Below the pieces are notes generated by a model. That model had not been told where the DNA came from. It searched no databases and worked only from the letters and a program-made list of their open reading frames with translations. A DNA stretch of 64,000 bases from Perna viridis (Eukaryota): positions 10,664,001 to 10,728,000 of the forward strand of contig CM074515.1 in the NCBI GenBank assembly GCA_037379345.1. Direction: 5' to 3'. The position numbers and the translations under genes are program-made. Below, piece after piece: positions 13,201-26,519 of the stretch. Within the stretch, counting starts at the first letter, position 1; the number at the start of each line of letters is the position of its first letter.

Positions 13201-13755
13201 GAATATGTTACTAATCTGACAACAGTATTGGGTTTGAGTATTAACAACCGAAAAATTATGTTCCCGCCAATTGTAGATAAAGATTTACAGTATGTTCTTG
13301 TCTCTAAGTGTAATTGCTTATCAAATACTGGACCAGTGTTCTATAAAGAGGATAAACTAATTTATAATGTCCAGACCGGGCATACCTTAAACAATGTACT
13401 GTTGTCATACAGTCATTAAATAGCTTCACAGCAGAGTCATCGGAAGTCCCAGATAAAGATTAAAAATGCATCACGGACTGAACAAATATTCTTTTATGAG
13501 TTGGTAGTCCTTAAAAGAATTTTGACTGTCCTCACATTTTTATTGGTAGGAAGTGATGTGGCAGGTGCCCCTATCTCTGTAGATGAGTTCTTTACATGGT
13601 ATCTAATCTTTATATATTAAACAAAGTCAGCAGTAGGTTAATTCAAAGTATTAACACCTTTAAGACATCATAGTCTTAAACAATATAACTGTTTGAAATC
13701 TAAACTATATGGCATACAATTGCTCTTGAAAAGGATTGGGCAGAGGCGAGAATCA

Positions 13756-14933
13756 AATGTATATCTTGTAGTGGCCTTACACTGTATATTCAAATGAATA
13801 TCTTGTAGTGGCCTAACACTAGATTGTTATACATGTTCAGGAAGACGAGAACCCAATGAATATCTTGTAGTGGCCTAACACTGTAGCTCCAAATGAATAT
13901 CTTGTAGTGGCCTAACACTGTAGCTCCAAATGAATATCTCGTAGTGGCCTAACACTGTAGCTCCAAATGAATATCTTGTAGTGGCCTAACACTGTAGATT
14001 GTTATACATGTTCAGGAAGAGATGAGAACCCAATGAGTATCTTGTAGTGGCCTAACTCTGTAGCTTCAAATGAATATCTTGTAGTGGCCTAACACTGTAG
14101 CTCCAAATGAATATCTTGTAGTGGCCTAACACTGTAGCTCCAAATGAATATCTTGTAGTGGCCTAACACTGTAGCTCCAAATGAATATCTTGTAGTGGCC
14201 TAACACTGTAGCTCCAAATGAATATCTTGTAGTGGCCTAACACTGTAGATTGTTATACATGTTCAGGAAGAGATGAGAACCCAATGAGTATCTTGTAGTG
14301 GCCTAACACTGTAGCTCCAAATGAATATCTTGTAGTGGCCTAACACTGTAGCTCCAAATGAATATCTTGTAGTGGCCTAACACTGTAGCTCCAAATGAAT
14401 ATCTTGTAGTGGCCTAACACTGTAGATTGTTATACATGTTCAGGAAGAGATGAGAACCCAATGAGTATCTTGTAGTGGCCTAACTCTGTAGCTTCAAATG
14501 AATATCTTGTAGTGGCCTAACACTGTAGCTCCAAATGAATATCTTGTAGTGGCCTAACACTGTAGCTCCAAATGAATATCTTGTAGTGGCCTAACACTGT
14601 AGATTGTTATACATGTTCAGGAAGAGATGAGAACCCAATGAGTATCTTGTAGTGGCCTAACTCTGTAGCTTCAAATGAATATCTTGTAGTGGCCTAACAC
14701 TGTAGATTGTTATACATGTTCAGGAAGAGATGAGAACCCAATGAGTATCTTGTAGTGGCCTAACTCTGTAGCTTCAAATGAATATCTTGTAGTGGCCTAA
14801 CACTTTAGCTCCAAATGAATATCTTGTAGTGGCCTAACACTGTAGATTGTTATACATGTTCAGGAAGAGACAAGAACCCAATGAGTTTCTTGTACTGGCC
14901 TAACACTGTAGATTGTTATACATGTTCAGTAAG
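13756..14933. repeat. Two-module minisatellite: 37-bp and 66-bp units sharing a 32-bp core, ~26 units
   Basis: Core AATGAATATCTTGTAGTGGCCTAACACTGTAG followed by either CTCCA or ATTGTTATACATGTTCAGGAAGAGATGAGAACCC. Confidence 0.97.
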
Positions 14934-15230
14934 ATTCTATTACTCCCTGAAGCCTCTGAATCATTATAAGATAAATGCAGTGTAATTCTAGTTTATTGGA
15001 CTTTTCATGTCTTTCACAATTTCAAATCCCATCAAATGCTCTCAGTACATAAGTATTACTCTATAAAATTGAAAATGATATAATGTAGCAGTACCTGTAA
15101 ATTAGTTTACAATACTTCTGAGGATGGCACTTTATTTTATAAATCATTTGTCATGAAATACTTGTATTTTTTTACCACTTTAAGTATCTAGAATGACCCA
15201 GTCTCTTTCATTTGGTTCCATTTATTACAG

Positions 15231-15364
15231 GTCTTGTTGCTTTGCTGTGTATTGATGGACTTGATGTATTTTTACAATTGATAAAACTGACAAGAACAAG
15301 AAATTTATAGTTTAGAGGAATGTTGAGCCATTAAAGAACACCAGTATGTCTGTACTCCACCAAG
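15231..15364 (+). other. Candidate spliced exon (5' UTR/first coding or non-coding) of an unidentified host transcript
   Basis: Pyrimidine-rich acceptor TCTCTTTCATTTGGTTCCATTTATTACAG| and donor CAAG|GTAAGA, 134 nt apart. ATG at 15346 gives MSVLHQ before the donor. No expression data. Confidence 0.4.
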
Positions 15365-18300
15365 GTAAGATTGTAACCTATACATTTTAATGACTTAATT
15401 TCATGTAATAAAGGACATTCAACTTAAAGTTTTAAGTTCTGCTTACACAGTCATCCATTTTGGGTTTTTCTTGTTTTTATTTTCCTTTAGGAGTCCAATG
15501 CTAAGCAGCCTTCAAGATGGAATAATTTTCTGTTCTAAGCACATGTCCTATCCAATTCAACCATGATAAGGATTTTAAGGATTTGGTATTTTATATTTTA
15601 CACTTGGTTTACCATGATGGATTTAGGTAGTTGGAATAATTAGCAGTAAATATGCTATGGAAGATCTGATTTGCAAATTTGCTGAATGACAGAAATATTT
15701 TGTACTTAATATGGTATGAGTTTAAGTTATTAAATCTGTCATAAAAAATCGTCTTTTAATAATCAGTAAACATTTATTATCCAAACAGATGTTGCAATAA
15801 GTTATGTTGTATATTTGAACCACAGGTCATGGCTTAAAGTTCAGATCAGGTACAATTGCTTTCTCTGTTCTCCTGTATATATATATTTACTAATTCAAAA
15901 CCAAGACCTTTAAGTTCCAGTTCTTCATTTCTTAATGTGTTTTTGGAGTGTTGGAATTTATTTTCTGCAATTGGCAGAACTAACAAGGTCTTGTATGTTT
16001 TCTGCCAACAATTCACTTTTACACTAATTTTGTGTTGTGATTCAAATATAGTATCAGTACTTGGAATCAAGTTCAGTTCTTTTTAACTTCTAAGTATAAA
16101 AAACTGTCAAGAAATGCATTTCCGTTAATGGAATTTTCAAGTTTCCTTTACAAATGATTGTTCCAGAGCTTCAATGTTAGTGTTAGGTTCTACTAAATAG
16201 GTGTTGTTATGGGCAATTTTGGAGTACTTAACTCCTAAAATTTGTAAATCTGATATCTAAGTCAACAATCCATACAGTTTTGATGTATCTCCATTGATCG
16301 GAGTCATCCTTGAATTCTGTTGGTTTTCGACATTTATTTTACATATCTTGCACAGCAGAAATTGGGGATTACATCATAGAGTTTGAGATTGCTTTTACAA
16401 GTAAACTGATAATTCTTGTCACATTTGTAGGAAAGGTTCAGAAGGGATATTAAATTGAGTATGAAAAACTATATTTCTGGAGTTGATGTTTTTGGAGAGG
16501 TTGCATAATTAGTGAAGATAAATATTGGGATAAGTTACATTAGAATATCGGTTTTAGAGTAGATATGAATTTTAGAGATGTAATGGATGGATATTGAGAA
16601 GATACTTGATTTAGAGATTAGTTTTGATTTGGTATTGAAGCAATGGTGAAGAAACAAGTAAATTACACTTTCTTATAGATAGTTTTTGTAAATAACTCGG
16701 GCAATTCTTTAAAAAAAAATGACAAGGTCAACATGTTACAAGATGAGGGTCTTCAAGTGTGTTTTCTCTTTTATTTATTTGGGATATTTCTTTAATGATA
16801 GGATTATAGAGTATAAGGTATGTCCTATCAAAATAAATAAAAAAAAAAGATTTCTTCTGAAGTGCTGCTTGATTTCTGAACAAAATATTGGTATAACTAA
16901 CCTGGTACATGTATAGGAAATTCTCTGATACGACACAGTTCTCTCATTTCTTTATTTAACAGTATTATTGATATTTAGATCTTACATGCCATGCTTGGTA
17001 TATTTCACTTTTGTCAATATTTCGAATCAGATTTCTTTAATTAAAGTTCAACATCTTTTTCAAAACTTACAAGGTGTTGTATGTTTTAGGCCAACAATTT
17101 ACTTGTACATTAATTTTGACCGAGCTTGAACCATAGTATAAATGTTGACAAGCAAATCTCCCAAAACATTTGAATATAGTTTATAAAAATATTGTTGTTT
17201 AGAATGACAATGGTTTGTTGACTTAACATTTAGAAGAAATGATAATACATGATTGCATTCCAATGTAACACCTAAAACTATGCCACCTGTCCCTGTCAAA
17301 ATACCATGTTCTCTGGCCTAGGGTAAGTAACATTGCCTTGTTATAGACATTATTTAGAACATTCGGTTTTAGCATTGGGAATTATATTTTTATAATAGTT
17401 AATTCTTTTTGTGACATGTAGTCAACTTTTCAGCTTAAATCAGTAGCTAACAGGAAGCAGAACGCTTACTGGGAAAGAATACAATACTTCCATGAATGAG
17501 TCTGTTTCTGTCTGTCTGTCATTTGTTCAGTATGCTCAAGAGAGTTTAACTAATTATTGTATATTCAGAGCATCATTTCACAAAGCTAACATAAAACTTA
17601 CATGTAACTTCCTTTGGTTTGTTAAGTATGTCTTACGAGTACTTTGTGAAATGATGCCCAGGTGTATATCATGTACATTTTAATTAATTAATTTTAGACA
17701 TTAGAAAATAATAGTTGTGTATGTTTGTGTTATAAAATCATGAGCAACAAAGGTCTGTACTTATATATTTTTAAATTTGAACAAACTTGATTTAGTGGTA
17801 AGACCAACTCATGAAAAACCACACAAAAATAACTGCAACTAGAACAGAATCATTTTATAGTAAGCATATGTCATTGTTATATGTTTCACTAACAGTATAC
17901 CTTACTAAATACAATATTTTAGTTTCTTGCTCTGTTGCAAGGCTCTGATAGTTAGGTTTCTAATGCAAATTAAATGGGGGTGTATGATAAAAATATATTG
18001 ATTTAAAAACTATTACAATTACCATCAGATAAAACCCCAGTATTAGTTGGGTAATGCATTATTTAGAAAGGATTTTTGTATGACTTAGGTGTCAAATTTT
18101 GGCGACACTTGAATGGAGCTCATTGGGCTATCTTGATTAGTTTTTCATTCACCTTTCAAATTCTAAATGAATTATTACACCATTGATAAATGTCTATCAC
18201 ATTTAAATAAACAATTACTTGAATATCTTAATGGTTATCTGAAACTGCTCTTTTAGCTTCAATTCAATTGAGAGGTTTTGAATTGTTTAACATGGAAAAC

Positions 18301-20018
18301 GTTTGTAAAATATTAACTAGGATCTTTTAAATCATCTATGTAGTGAGAAGGATCTTTAGAAAAAATCAGCCATTCTATTATATGTAGGGATATTAATGTC
18401 ACTATAACCTGCTAATAAAAATGATTTAGCTCTATTTTATTTTTATTTAAGTAAAACAACCTTGACATTTCAGAGGTGTCAATCCACTGCAAAATTTACC
18501 ATCCATATTTCTGCATTTTTGAGATGTCTGTAGGGCTTGTGGTGGGTGCTGTTCAGAGGTATCTGTCCAGAGCACTATTGATTGGTGAAGTCTAGTTCAC
18601 TGGTGATTGGTGAAGTTAGAGGCATTTGACTTAGGCACTGTGTGTGTAATTAGATACGGTGGTCATCTTATGTGATCAAGGTACTGGCAACAGTCTAGTG
18701 TAGTTTATCTTCTTGTTAATCCAAAGTCCTAATACATGAAGTACAATGATTTAATAGACAGAATAAAATCAGTTTTAAAAGGCAAAGATTCATGTAATTT
18801 TTTCCTTAATTTAACAGAAATGGTAAACATAGCCTTCGAATCGGGAGATTTATTTCTACAAGAGTCAAGAAATTTTTGTTTTTTTTCTATTCCAAAGCCT
18901 GCAGACACATCCATTTCTATAAAACCCGACAGTGCTAATTCAAACTCTAAATTATATTTTTCTTTGGAAAGAAGTTCCACTTTGAATTGGATTCTGTCAC
19001 ACGACCATGTTAATTGTCCGCGACCGTTGTAATCGTCCAAGGATGTTACATAATCATGCAGCAGCTGCGACAGACAGAAATCGTCTGCAGTGTTGCTAAT
19101 GGAATCAGACGGCTGCTTTCATTACTAAACATTTAAAATTTGAAATAATTATACTGCGATACAAACATGAATGACATGTGTTTTATACATGCTACAACAT
19201 AAAAGCATTTTCACTGAATGTGTTAGCAATTTATTAAGACAGTGATAAGATTCCCTCATAGCTAACAGAATTTTGCAACTTGCTGTATTCAAAATTATGA
19301 AATATGTTGGAATTTCTTTTTTTTTAGGGAAAAGCCGTAAATATCTCATATGCAATTCATTAACAGTATTTGAAAGATTGTATAAACTGTAGTAATAAAA
19401 AAGTCACTGAATGGGTCTCTTCAATTTTTACCTGACAGAGTTATTTCCCTTAGATCATATTAACCTCACGCAAACTCCCCATCTGTTAGGATAAATCTTG
19501 CTGCATGGTAATTAACACCTGTTGACAGGTAATTAATTTTAACACCTGTAACATTTAAAAACTCGTCAAAACTTGGTACAAATCATTAGTTTTTACTCTC
19601 CCTTGCAGCAATTGGTTACATAAAAAATAAAAGATAAATGAATGTAATAACTTAAAGTTTCGCTAAAAATGAAAATACTGTAATTTTCTTTTTTCTTAAT
19701 TCACTAAGTTTTATAACTTTAAACTTGCCTTAGGTTTAACCCAGGTATCTAATTTTGTCATCGGTGGGAATAGTTAAACTTACCTCATGATGATGTAGTA
19801 ATGTACTTCTAGTTTTTATCCAGGATATTAGGTTATTCGCTTGTTATCAAGTTATTTGTTTGACATTAGTCATTAAAACTCAATATAATACTACTGTCTG
19901 TCTGTCCATCTGTCTTACCCTACACTGAAATGCTTTGAATTATTTCAATAATTTCATAGTAGTATATTTATCTGGATGAAAGGAGGCTTGTTAAAACATT
20001 TCTTTTTTGCTTCTTATA

Positions 20019-20410
20019 TATGGGCATGTAATGTGTTCTAGTGTAAAGTGGAAATGGGCATGTGATGTGCTCTAGTTTAAATGGAGATTCACATGTGATT
20101 TGCTCTACTGTAAATTGGAGTTGGACATGGGATGTGCTCTAGTTTAAATGGAGATTCACATGCGATGTGCTCCATTGTAAAGTGGAAATGGACATGCGAT
20201 GTGCTCCAGTGTAAAGTGGAAATGGACATGTGATGTGCTCCAATGTAAAGTGGAAATGGACATGCGATGTGCTGTAGTGGAAAGTTGAGATGGACATGGG
20301 ATCTGCTCTAGCAGAAAGTGGAGATGGGCATGTCACGTGCTCCAGTGTAAAGTGGAGGTGGACATGTAATCTGCTCTAGTGTGAAGTCCAAATGGGCATG
20401 TGACTTGCTT
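20019..20410. repeat. 34-bp minisatellite, ~11 diverged copies (ATGTGCTCCAGTGTAAAGTGGAAATGGACATGCG)
   Basis: TGCGATGTGCTCCA at 20161 and 20195; the same period runs through the array. Confidence 0.95.
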
Positions 20411-23400
20411 TTGCATAATTTTGAGATTTGCATATGTTATAGTGGAGCAGTGTACTGTTAAATGTTGGTTATCTTCTTTTAGAATTATTACTTTATGATT
20501 GTGGAACTTCTAATTGATAATCTGTAATTGAAGCCTTGATAACTTGACCTAGGTTACTGTGAGATAAGGGTTGATTCTATTTTATTACAGGGTTTATAAA
20601 GGAACTAGTCAGTCTTTAGTGTTAATACTTGACCCAGCTTGACCAGGAGTAAGTGGACATTAAAGTCAGACTTAATTACTGTCAAATGTCCACTTTATCA
20701 TTACCATTGATACGCAATGTTTTATATTTCAGTAAATGCATGTCATGTTTGCAGACATTTGTTTGATTGAAGAAAGCTATTTATAAGATCAAAAGAGTTT
20801 TGAAGAGATCCATTTTAATTGAATTTTAGTCAGGTGTTGATAGAGGGTTTTTTTTTGTGATTTAAGATTTTGATTAATTTTGGATAATATTTCAAAAAGT
20901 CAAGTCAAAGTTTATTATGTGAATCAGTATTTGAAGTACTTTGCTTTCTGAACTTACATTGTTACACCATGATTCAGTGCTACAAATAGGTATCTAGGAA
21001 AATGAAAGTAAAATCAAGATTTGAATTTCCAAATTCTCAATTTCCAATGTAAAAAAAAATGTTTACCCTCACTCAATGAATGGAAGGTATATTGGTTCAC
21101 CTTGTATATCCATTTGTACGTCATTCTGTCTGAACTTTGGCAAAATTTTCTAGACTTGATGGATGAACTGGTTTTAAATTTGGTATTTAACTTTATATAG
21201 ATAGAGTATTAGGTTGTAAGTGTTTTGGGTAACTATCCAGTTTCTACTTTTTCTTTCGTGGAGTTTCCTATTTTTCACTATATGAAATAATAGAGTAAAC
21301 AAAAAAAATGACTAGTTCAAAGGGTTTTTATTATTTCAAATTTGGTGTGTGACTATATATAGATATGGCATTGTGAGCAATGTACAAACTGGTACTCTCA
21401 AATCATTGTTATACAATAAAACATGTAATATATTCAAAACCTGACCAATGAGTACTGATACTAAAGATTATGTTCAATTGTGTTGATCTTGGGAAAATAA
21501 CTGTATTTGATTGAATGAGGATTCAAATAAAAAAAAAAAACAACACAAAAACAGTATTTATCATTGAGAATGTCACTTTATAGTACATTTGTTCTGGTAT
21601 TGTGGTTAGAAGGTGTGTTCTGAATTACTACAATTAGTGCATGATTACAATTCTTTTGAAGAAGTAGCATCACTATCTAACAGTTCATTACTCAACAGTG
21701 AAAGGTTCAGATATTGAGAGTTTTGTTTCCTGATCCATTTCTAAGCGTTTACATTGATATCTGATTAATGGATATAAAGTCTAACTCTCAGTCTTTAGGA
21801 ACACCTAGACATTTTACTTTTTGATGGTTTGTTGATATGGTTTCTAAAAAAAATGTTTGTTTTTTTTAAGGACTGTCTGCATTCTAGGTCTTAGCTGTTC
21901 CCTAATTTCACTTGAACTCAGTTAAATAACTGTCATTGACCTATGGTTCACCAGTGACTAAGCATAAGTGTTTGGTATGACATATGTCAATGGTTTTAGT
22001 TCAGTCTTATGACATTTATTTGTAGTGGTGTTTTAGTTTTTAGATTCGTTACCATGTTTTAAATGTTTTAACTTGGTACTGCGACGTCATTAACATTGAT
22101 CGGTCTGCAGTCGGCAATTCAAATAATTCCAAACTAAATAAGACTTTGATAACGGGACAAATCTACTTTAATCGATTAGAAATTAAATTATAAGAATTGT
22201 TTTTAATTTTTGACCAAGTTATGTTCACATAACCAACTTAGGGGTAGTTTATGTGCGCCCTTTATACCTGAATCATGGAGAACTAGTTAGAGCTAATACC
22301 AAATCCAACCCTTTTCTTCATACTTTAAAGTAAATTACTCTCTTGGTAAAGTATCTGATTACTCATGCACTTCCTTAGATCAAGCAATACAGAAAGCTGT
22401 CAGTAATGAAGGAGAAAGTCAGCTAAATTTAATGTTGGATTAAGTGCAAAAAGGTTTTGATTTCAAATATATGGGAACCAACAAGGAATGTGAAGTTAAA
22501 GGGAAAAGTGTTTAATAATTTTTGTTTCAGTCTAGTGCTTTGTTTTGCTTGGTACACTTGACAAATCTCTATGAGTTTGTTTTTCAAATGTAGCATTAAA
22601 TTATATCTCTCCTTTCCTGCTGTGAATTTTCATTGAAAATTAGTTAACGATGACAAATATCACAATTGTTTTGAGAAGAAGAAATTGTGTTTATGAAAAT
22701 TGGTGCTTTTTCCTAATTAAAAATGGTATAAATTCAATAGTTCACCGCTCATTAAAATTTGGTTAATGTGAGAAATGTAGAAGGCAGGCGACTTTATTGT
22801 ATGTTCTACTACTGAGGATGGTTAAATGATTGTTGAACCTGTGCCAAGGTTCTGGGGAGGCAATTTACTTCTTTGTTTTCATGTTTTTATTTATCTCATG
22901 CGTGAAATTGTCCCAGAGCTCTTTCATTTTTGGTGTGTTTATGGAAGGCTGACTGAGTTGCTCACTTTGGTTTAGTAATTTGCTTCTGAATGACTTATTG
23001 AAGATGTAAGATGTAAGAAAAATGTCAACAGTTTTTGTGATAAAGGTATTATAGAGTGGAGTAGAAGAGGGATGATAAAGGAGGGAGATGGAAAATCACT
23101 TAGATCTTTCTCAATACTCACTGTTAAATAACTACCAACAAAAACATATCTTCACTTTAGTGGTTTTGTCATTAGTGTTTAGAAAATAATTGAAATAGTC
23201 AGTTTTTTATGAAGATGTTCCATGATATGTCTGTCTTGGGAACTCTCATACTGTTAGGTTGAATCACAAGCTGGGTTTTTGTCAGGGCAGAATTAGATAT
23301 ATTTTGATCATAATGGGCAGGAAGATGTTAAAAGCAGTTTAAATATGTGGTAAATTGTCTTTGGTAATTGCCATTGGAGACCAAGCGTGTTATTGGTAAT

Positions 23401-24743
23401 GCCTTTATGGTGCTTTATATCTGAGACAAGATTGACACACACAAAAGTGATAATTACTAATTCTTATGTTTCATCTTTTGTGCCTAATCTATAGAATGCA
23501 ATGCATGATTTACAAATTTTTGTTGAAACTGAGGAATTTTTGGCAGCTGAATTTTAATTTGATTCCTGTGTGATGCAGATGAACCTTGACAGAAAGACCA
23601 AATATATTCTCATTTTTCTCTGTAGAAGTGCATAGAGAACTTGATGTGCTTTTCTTTCTATGATCTTCAGGGCGTAAATAATTCCTAATTAAAAGTTCAA
23701 TAGGAAGGAGAAACCTGGTGCAGAATGATTAATTCCTATTTTTAGCTGTAAACAAATTGATACTAATAAATAGTATGTTCATTTCAATAGAAGTATTTTT
23801 GTCTTTTGTTAAGTAACTGTGTGTTCACCAAGGAGTTGCACTTAAAAAGTAATTTCCTCTTAAAAATTTGGTTTTCAAGCAGAATAACTTTGTCTAAATA
23901 GCTGCTGATAGTTACATTACAGCTGTCATAAAACAATGTAGTGTCCCCTTGCATGCTTCTGTTGGTCTTGTATCATTCAGTTTCTCTAAATGTTACCAAA
24001 TATTTCTATAATTTTTGGATATTACTCCTATGGAAACCCCTGTTACTCCTTGATCAGAGATGTCATTAAGTTTTAGATGATTCACAGGATTGTTACCAAC
24101 TCTGTTCATGTTACATGTAACTATGGTGTGTCATTAAGTTATTAAGGTGCTTTACTCCCCCTCTTGTAACAATTGACAACCCAGGTAGGGAATCCTGCTA
24201 GGTGAACGCTTTGTTTTTTACATGCTTAATTAATACTGTTCTGATGAGACTGTTAGATCAGCTGTTGTAATCATTATTTTGTCATCTATCCCACAATGCA
24301 TTAAATTAACACTCATTCCTTAATGTCATCTTTTTTATATAGTCATTAATTTTGAGTGAAATGTAGCAACAAAAGATTTGCAAGTCATCAAGTTCTTGAA
24401 GTTTTTTTTTTGTAGATCCTAATTTTACAATTAAAAACAGGGCCAGTTTTAGCTGTCAGTAAAGGGCTACCTCAGTGTGAAAAATGAGGGAAATACCATA
24501 CCTGGTTTCAAACAAAGGGCCTTTGCCTTCATTTCATGGTGTTTTTCAAACTGTGTCTTGTAGGTAAGGTCTTTACCTTTTTGAGCTTTAAACTGAACAA
24601 GAGTTTGCAAGAAGGACTGTCAAACAATGGTGTAGTTATATTGGAGACAACTCTTATACTTTATTTGGCTTTGACTTGCATACCAGATTCCCTGAAATTT
24701 TTGTCAGTATGTGTGTTTGTGTATTTACTTAATTGGAATGTGT

Positions 24744-24800
24744 CAGGTGCCACTGGCAGAGCGGTCATTGCTTACCCTTTTGGAGCACCCGATGTCACTG
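24744..24800 (+). mobile_element. Divergent copy of the PLE-associated GCTTACCCT core motif
   Basis: CAGGTGCCACTGGCAGAGCGGTCATTGCTTACCCTTTTGGAGCACCCG aligns to 127-174. Confidence 0.6.
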
Positions 24801-26192
24801 GGAGTACTTTTTCCCTTCAGTTTTTATGTATAATTATGTTTTATTCTAATTACTTCACTGTGTATGTGGATCATCTTTGTTTCTTGTTTAACATTCAGGC
24901 TTTTGATGTATCTGAAATGTTCCACTGTTGACTCTTTGGTGTTTTTTTTGCTGATATTAAGAATTGGCATGTTTATTCAGTATCTATTATAGTTTTCGGG
25001 TAAGTTCTAACCTTCCCAATTTCTTCATACCAGTTGTCTCTTTTTATCTTGTTCTTACTGTGATCCCAGTAGTTGTCTTGAATGGGGTGTGTAGCTTTTT
25101 TCTCTGTGTAACTTTTTGGTGCCTTCAATCAAAAATATAGAAAAATAAATATGCTTTTCCTTGAAAAAATTACACCATTTCACATCCAATACAATCTTAA
25201 GAAAATAAGGTATGATAGACTAGTACTCCAGCATGTTATGTTAAGTGCAATGATGGAGTTATTAGTTTGTTTGAACTAAAGGTCAGGTCAAAAGGAAGTT
25301 CTTCATGTTATAACCTCTTCACTTTATCAGGACATTGTCAAGTTAATTGGCACATCTTTAAATATTTACTAATGTTTGTTTTTACTATGTCTTTTTTGAC
25401 ATGTTTTCGCTACTGACATGGTTTTATGGGAATTAACTCTTTTTCCATCAACCCTATACAGGTAGTGGAAAGTCTAAGTTCTCCAGCATTTTCTGAATTG
25501 CATTCTTGGGGCTGCTGCAATACAGCTCTCATGATAATATTCAATCAACTCTTTTTTTTTAATCCCTAAGTAATGCAATTGAACTAGAAATGTTAATGCA
25601 GGTGACTGACTTTGATAATCCATTTCCGGTAAAGAACAATAAATTAAGGGTGAACTCTATTACACAATGGCATAATGACCACACACACCCCCACAAGCAT
25701 GTCAAATCTATTATAATCCATAAATCTATGGCACCGCACAGTCCATAGTAAGTTATCTGTTTTAATTCATCCATGCTTTTCTATGTAGACTGATAGAGAA
25801 TTATGATGAACAAATTGCATATTTTCACAATAAAGATTAAGTAAATTGAAATGGCTTTATTATCTGATTCTATTTTGGCATTGCATGGAACACCTGTACA
25901 AGTTTTACCTGTGGGAAAGTTTTGACATTGTGTTGATGTTGTGTTTTTTTTTAATCTTATCTATGCAACATACCCCCATTGTTGGGAAAAAAAATGCTGT
26001 CCCCAAATATTCAGTTTTATTCGGGTGATCTCCTTTTTTTGCCAAAAAGGGTCTCTTTTTTTTGGTGCAACTCATTTGTGCCAGATAATTTGTCATATTT
26101 TATAGTTGAACTGTGTGAAAAAATAAGAACCCTTTAGCATAAAAAATACAGTTAAATTTGCAATTATTTTAATATTATTATAATGATAATAT

Positions 26193-26519
26193 AGGGTTAT
26201 TGCATGAATACTGGGGAATTATATCCTGAATAGAATTTAGAATTAGTAAAACTAGTGCAGTATTATAGTGTTATTGCATGAATACTGGTGAATATTGTCC
26301 TGAGCAGAATATTATATTTCGCAAGCTTACGAGTGCAATATAATATTCTGCGAGGGACAATATTCACCGGTGTTCGTGCAATAACCCTTTTATTATAAAG
26401 TAATAAATATTTTAGTTAACATTATACTAATTTGTTGGATATAATGCATTTGACAACGTTGTATGTGTTTTACTGCACTAGTTCAAATATGATACATAAT
26501 AAATATATGAACTAGTGCA
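26193..26519. repeat. Long palindromic (fold-back) element, probably a non-autonomous DNA transposon
   Basis: 49-bp imperfect arms spanning 26270-26385, a partial extra left arm at 26193-26235, and a second hairpin TGCACTAGTTCA...TGAACTAGTGCA at 26474-26519. Confidence 0.75.

Noticed and set aside
13870-13891. GCCTAACACTG..TAGCTCC resembles the start of twister ribozymes
   Set aside because: The downstream conserved GTCC.AAGC and GAG elements and the pairing partners are absent.
13756-14933. CRISPR-like look (32-bp repeat plus 34-bp insert)
   Set aside because: The inserts are identical rather than unique spacers, most units have only a 5-bp tail, there are no cas genes, and the context is eukaryotic.
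24241-24275. CTGATGAG hammerhead core-like motif (also at ~53130)
   Set aside because: No stem II followed by GAAA and no flanking helices.
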